From Camelus dromedarius (Eukaryota), in contig NC_087443.1 of assembly GCF_036321535.1 (NCBI RefSeq), forward strand, positions 33,852,001 to 33,916,000: 64,000 nt of DNA, in the 5' to 3' direction. A program made the translations under genes and the position numbers. This document shows, piece after piece, positions 60,121-64,000 of this stretch. Below the pieces are notes generated by a model, which saw nothing but the letters and a program-made list of their open reading frames with translations, was not told where the DNA came from and made no database searches. The stretch's first letter is position 1. Each line of letters begins with the position of its first letter.

Positions 60121-61689
60121 ACTAAATGGGTACCCCAGTAAATCCCGTATAGCAGGTCTCCTACAGATCATCTCTGAGGGATGCTTAGTGGTTAGGTCAC
60201 TCAAGTAAGTGGATTAACTTAAAAAATAATAAAACTATGTTTCCTTAAAATCATTTTTCCACTAGTATTTTCCTTTAATTTAGTACAATCAGGGACTGGA
60301 GTGTATTTGTGGTGAGGTTTCCATAGTACTTCTCTCGGAAGGGGTATTATATTTCCAGAAGCAAAGAATCATGGCTTAGTAAGAGAAAATGTGAAAAAAG
60401 CATGGCATAGATATGAGAAGCTGCTGGAAAACTTTTATAGGCCATATAATTAGGATGGGCCTTGAGCCCATGCAGCCAGTGACTACAGATATGGGTGATT
60501 TGGTGGGTGTCTGGAAGTCCTTTCTCCCTCAGTTGCTACACTTATCAAAATTCACCATTAGATAGTCACTCCTTTTGACTAACTACCACCCTCTCCTGTG
60601 GAACTCTTACAAGCCAAATTTCCTGGGGAAGGAAGTCCCTCTCTCCTTCCAGGGATTGCTTTCTTCTGCCTGGAAAGTTTTTCCCAGGCTTTCCTATTCT
60701 TTAAAATGTATATTAAGTCCCTTCCCTCCTACCAAGTCATCCTAGGACTTTCTTTTAAGATGAGAGTGTCCGAAGAGTAGAAAACATGTCTCTGGGCATC
60801 CAACTCCCTGAAGATAAACCATAAACGTGGGAGAAATCCTACCTACCTGCCCCCTGCCACTGGTCCTAGAAAGTCCTCCACCAGCCCCTCCCTTGAGGGC
60901 ACAGGCCATTTGCACCAACAGTCCCTTAATGAGCCAATTACAAAATCTGAAGGTCTGTACATGCAACACTAAAATGATGGCTGGAGAAGGAGGCACTACA
61001 TGGAGAAGCCAGTGGGTCTCCAAGGCTTCCCTCCTGAAACCCACTGTGATTCCACAAGCCAGGCATGACGTAGGGTGGTGTGGAGACCAACCACTGCCTG
61101 GTGTGACTGCCTATAACAGGACTGAGTCACAGCATCAGATCCACTACTAATGAGATGGATGACCTCTCAGAGGTGACAGTGACAAATGGGGACAGAAAGC
61201 CAGGCCCTCACATCACTCCCAGGGAGGCTCTGAACTCAAATGTTGCAAAATATGGGAAGTGCTTGGAGAAATCAAGGGTTGCATGAAGACTAGGGTGCAT
61301 TTGAGACAGCCTGGTGCCAAGGAGGAGAGAATCCGAAGTCTGTGCCCTTGGGCAGGCCACAGAGCCTCCCTGAGCCTCAGTTCCCATTCGCTCATTCATT
61401 CATTCATTCATTTGGAGGTTAGTGGAGACCCCAGCCAGAGTAGGTTTGCTGTACCCATGCGGGTGGAGGTCAGGCTGGAGGGCTGCCCTGTGCTGGTGTT
61501 TCACTGCATGATCTTGGTCAGGTCACTTCCCATCTCTAATCTTAGAGCCTTGAGCCTTGCAGGGGCAGTAACACCCTAAGCCCTAGAATCAGCCCACCTG
61601 TGCGGCCCACCTGTGGCACAAAGAGCCGGCAGCACACCGCAGGCGGCTGCAGGATATGGTAGCAAAGGCAGGCCCTCTGGAAGCCGCAG

Positions 61690-61850
61690 ACGGGATTCCA
61701 GAGTCCATTGCCAGCTCTGCCTCTTGCTCCAGCTTGTTCTGAGTCTCCATTTCCTCTTAGCCCGTGTGAGGTGAGTAATCCTGGCCTCCCAAAGGTGTTG
61801 TGAGGATTACATGAAATACCACGAGCGCAGAGCTCAGTCCTCACCTAGTA
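61690..61850 (+). mobile_element. MIR SINE (diverged)
   Basis: gagtctccatttcctc...aaggtgttgtgaggattacatgaaata. Confidence 0.6.
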
Positions 61851-62690
61851 ACCAGGACGTGATAGACGTTACTTCTGCCTTAGTTAGAACTCACTGTTCA
61901 TGAGAAAGTCAACTTTCTGACCTCCGGTTTATCATGACCTTGCAAAGCCTTGATTTTACTCAGGGATGTGTTGGCCCCGTCCTGAGGTATGAAGTCTGAG
62001 AATGCTCTCTTCTGCTCCACCTCTGCCCCTTCTGGGTCTTTCCCCATCACTCCTCTGGCCTCTGCAAAAGTGACACCCTTTCTCTTTGAAACCCAACATT
62101 CTCATGCTCTTTCCCTTCTTTGTATCCAAATCCTGCCCTTGCAGAAGGGCCAGATGACCCATTTATATTAAAGTGTAAATGACTGGGGTGGCTGGGGCTT
62201 TGCCTCTTGTTAGGGCTTGTATTTTAGAAGGAAACAAAGCCATCAATGGGCAGAGTGTTTAAGAGTCCTTCAGGCATCAGTGCACAAATGAAGGAATTAT
62301 TTGTGGTTGGAGGGACCTTCCCTGAGGGGACCCAGGATTCTGAGGACACCAAGGCTCTTCCTGCTCTTTGAGACCCATCTTTGAGCAAATCAGCTCCACA
62401 GGACTCCCTGGCTCCAGGTGACCTCAGCGCACCCCTCTGGCCTCTCTTGGACCCTCCTTCTGGCAGCTATTTCAGAGGCTCCCCAGGACCCCCACAGACC
62501 ACTCTGACTCCGAGTCCTGCTCACGCCTTGCTCTGAGCCACTGGCCCCAGCTGGCCTTGCAGCCCTCTCATCCCTTTGCTCAGATTCCAGCTTCCAGGAA
62601 AACATGTTCTTCCTGGGGTTTGGGAACAAGGCGGTCTGATTCATGCTAGGAGCTTCTTTGTTTACATTCCCTGGGTCTTTCTGCTCTTAA

Positions 62691-62776
62691 GGAAAAAAAA
62701 AAAAAAAAGAGGGAGAGAAGAAAGGAAGGAAAGAAAGACGGAAGGAGGGAAGGTAGGATGGAAGGAAGGAAGAAAA
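62691..62776 (+). repeat. Poly(A) plus (GGAA/GAAA)n purine-rich low-complexity tract
   Basis: Read directly. Confidence 0.85.
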
Positions 62777-64000
62777 CTTTTGCTTTGGCCAAGAGTTTAA
62801 AATGGAATTTTCCCCCTTTCTTTCTTCTTTTTCCTCTTTTTCTCCCCAGCATCAAACCACTCAACTCTGAAACGGAAGGGTAGGGACCTCTCCGGCTGTC
62901 AGAAGAGGCGGGGATGCCAGCCCTGCCTGGGGGACCAAGGCCTCGGCCTCCCACCCCCAACAGAGACTGCGCGTCTGGAGATGCTGAGCGGGCCCAGGAG
63001 AGGTCAACACACAGGTCCTACACAGCCCTCACCCGCTGCCCCTGAGCGTTCTCATAAGCTCCTTGCTCCCACACCTCACTTTTTATTCTTTGCTGCCCCC
63101 CCAGAAATCAGAGAGGAGGAGGAGGGAGAAAAGCGCAGCATGGGCACCACACGCTCTGCAGTCCCCACACCATGTGGTTCTACGTCTTCCCAGCATGCCT
63201 TGTTCTCTGAGATTGTTTTGTTGGTTTCCTTGGTGGTGTTGTCACAGAATGCGAGTTCCCTGAGAGAAGAGGTGAGGTTTTTCTTGCTCACACTGTCACT
63301 GCAGCACCCAGAACAGTGCCTCGCTCTGGGACCAAGTAAATGGAAGGAGAGGGGAGGGAGGTGGCTCACCCCGGGACCCTAGGCTCCAAACCCCTCCCCA
63401 CGCACGCAGGCAGACACGAGCACACACTCAGGCACACGCATTCTCAAGCACACAGGCCCACAGTTAGAAAGGTTCTCTTCTTCAGAACTTCTGAGGCGGC
63501 CTGGGGGTGGTGGGGAGAGGACAGCGGGTTTCTTAGCACCTTGGGAATGACCCTGAGGCCAGAGCCCTGTGCTGGGGCCTTGCCTGAAGAAGAGAAGGGA
63601 GACTCAGTTCTGTCTCCCTAGATGGAGGCGGGGGGCCCTTAGCTCAAGGACAAAGGTGCAGAGCCACTTGAGCTGCTGGGCCCCTCTTCCCAGAGGCCCA
63701 GGAAATTGGAGGATGTGTAACTCTATCCCTGCTTCAAAGATGGCAAAACTTTGGCAGTGAGGCTGAGGGATATACCCAAACCTGGAGGGCTGGAGAGGGC
63801 GGGTGGGAGTCAAGAAGTCTCCCCAGCGCTGTCAGCTCCCTGGCCCGCTTCTTTCTGCCCTTGGCTGGGAGAACGACATTGTTCGGAGGAGAAAGTGAGG
63901 TCTCTGCCAGAGCCCGTCTGGCCTGAGCTAGGCTGGGCTTGAGCCCCCAGGAGCCCCTGGCCAAGAAGTGTCTGGGCAGCCGCCAGCTCCTACCATGAAG

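Noticed and set aside
63300-63320. RE1/REST-like sequence TGCAGCACCCAGAACAGTGCC
   Set aside because: Mismatches in the conserved TTCAG and GGACAG cores, and it lies in an L2 3'-end-like phrase.

Overview
Mammalian genomic DNA, GC-rich and most likely camelid, judged from one tRNA-Ala-derived Vic-1-type SINE at ~52.65 kb; no Alu, Bov-tA/A2, PRE-1, ERE or CAN SINEs were seen. The window holds the 5' end of COL13A1 (collagen XIII alpha-1, a type II transmembrane collagen) on the minus strand. Coding exon 1 is 36301-36594 (cytosolic tail, transmembrane helix, NC1 coiled coil) and exon 2 is 18477-18546 (furin site RRRR, CxC motif). Intron 1 is ~17.75 kb, and the first 18.5 kb of intron 2 run off the left edge; exon 3 was not found. 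The CpG-island promoter (~35.9-37.3 kb) is interrupted by a 142-nt assembly gap. The remaining ~27 kb upstream is intergenic and dense in ancient eutherian repeats (MIR, L2, L1M, MLT1/MLT2/LTR16 LTRs); hAT and Tigger MITEs were seen in intron 1. All other ORFs in the track look spurious. I found no convincing new gene system. The best leads are all untested: an antisense type III hammerhead-like fold in intron 2, a natural triple CAGA (SMAD) array, N-box/GATA and CArG/TEAD/ARE/octamer enhancer-like clusters, a near-consensus CTCF site, a MEF2/NFAT module, 5'UTR control elements, and a SINE copy with an apparently complete Pol III unit. Repeat family names and boundaries were assigned by eye from remembered consensus sequences and are approximate.
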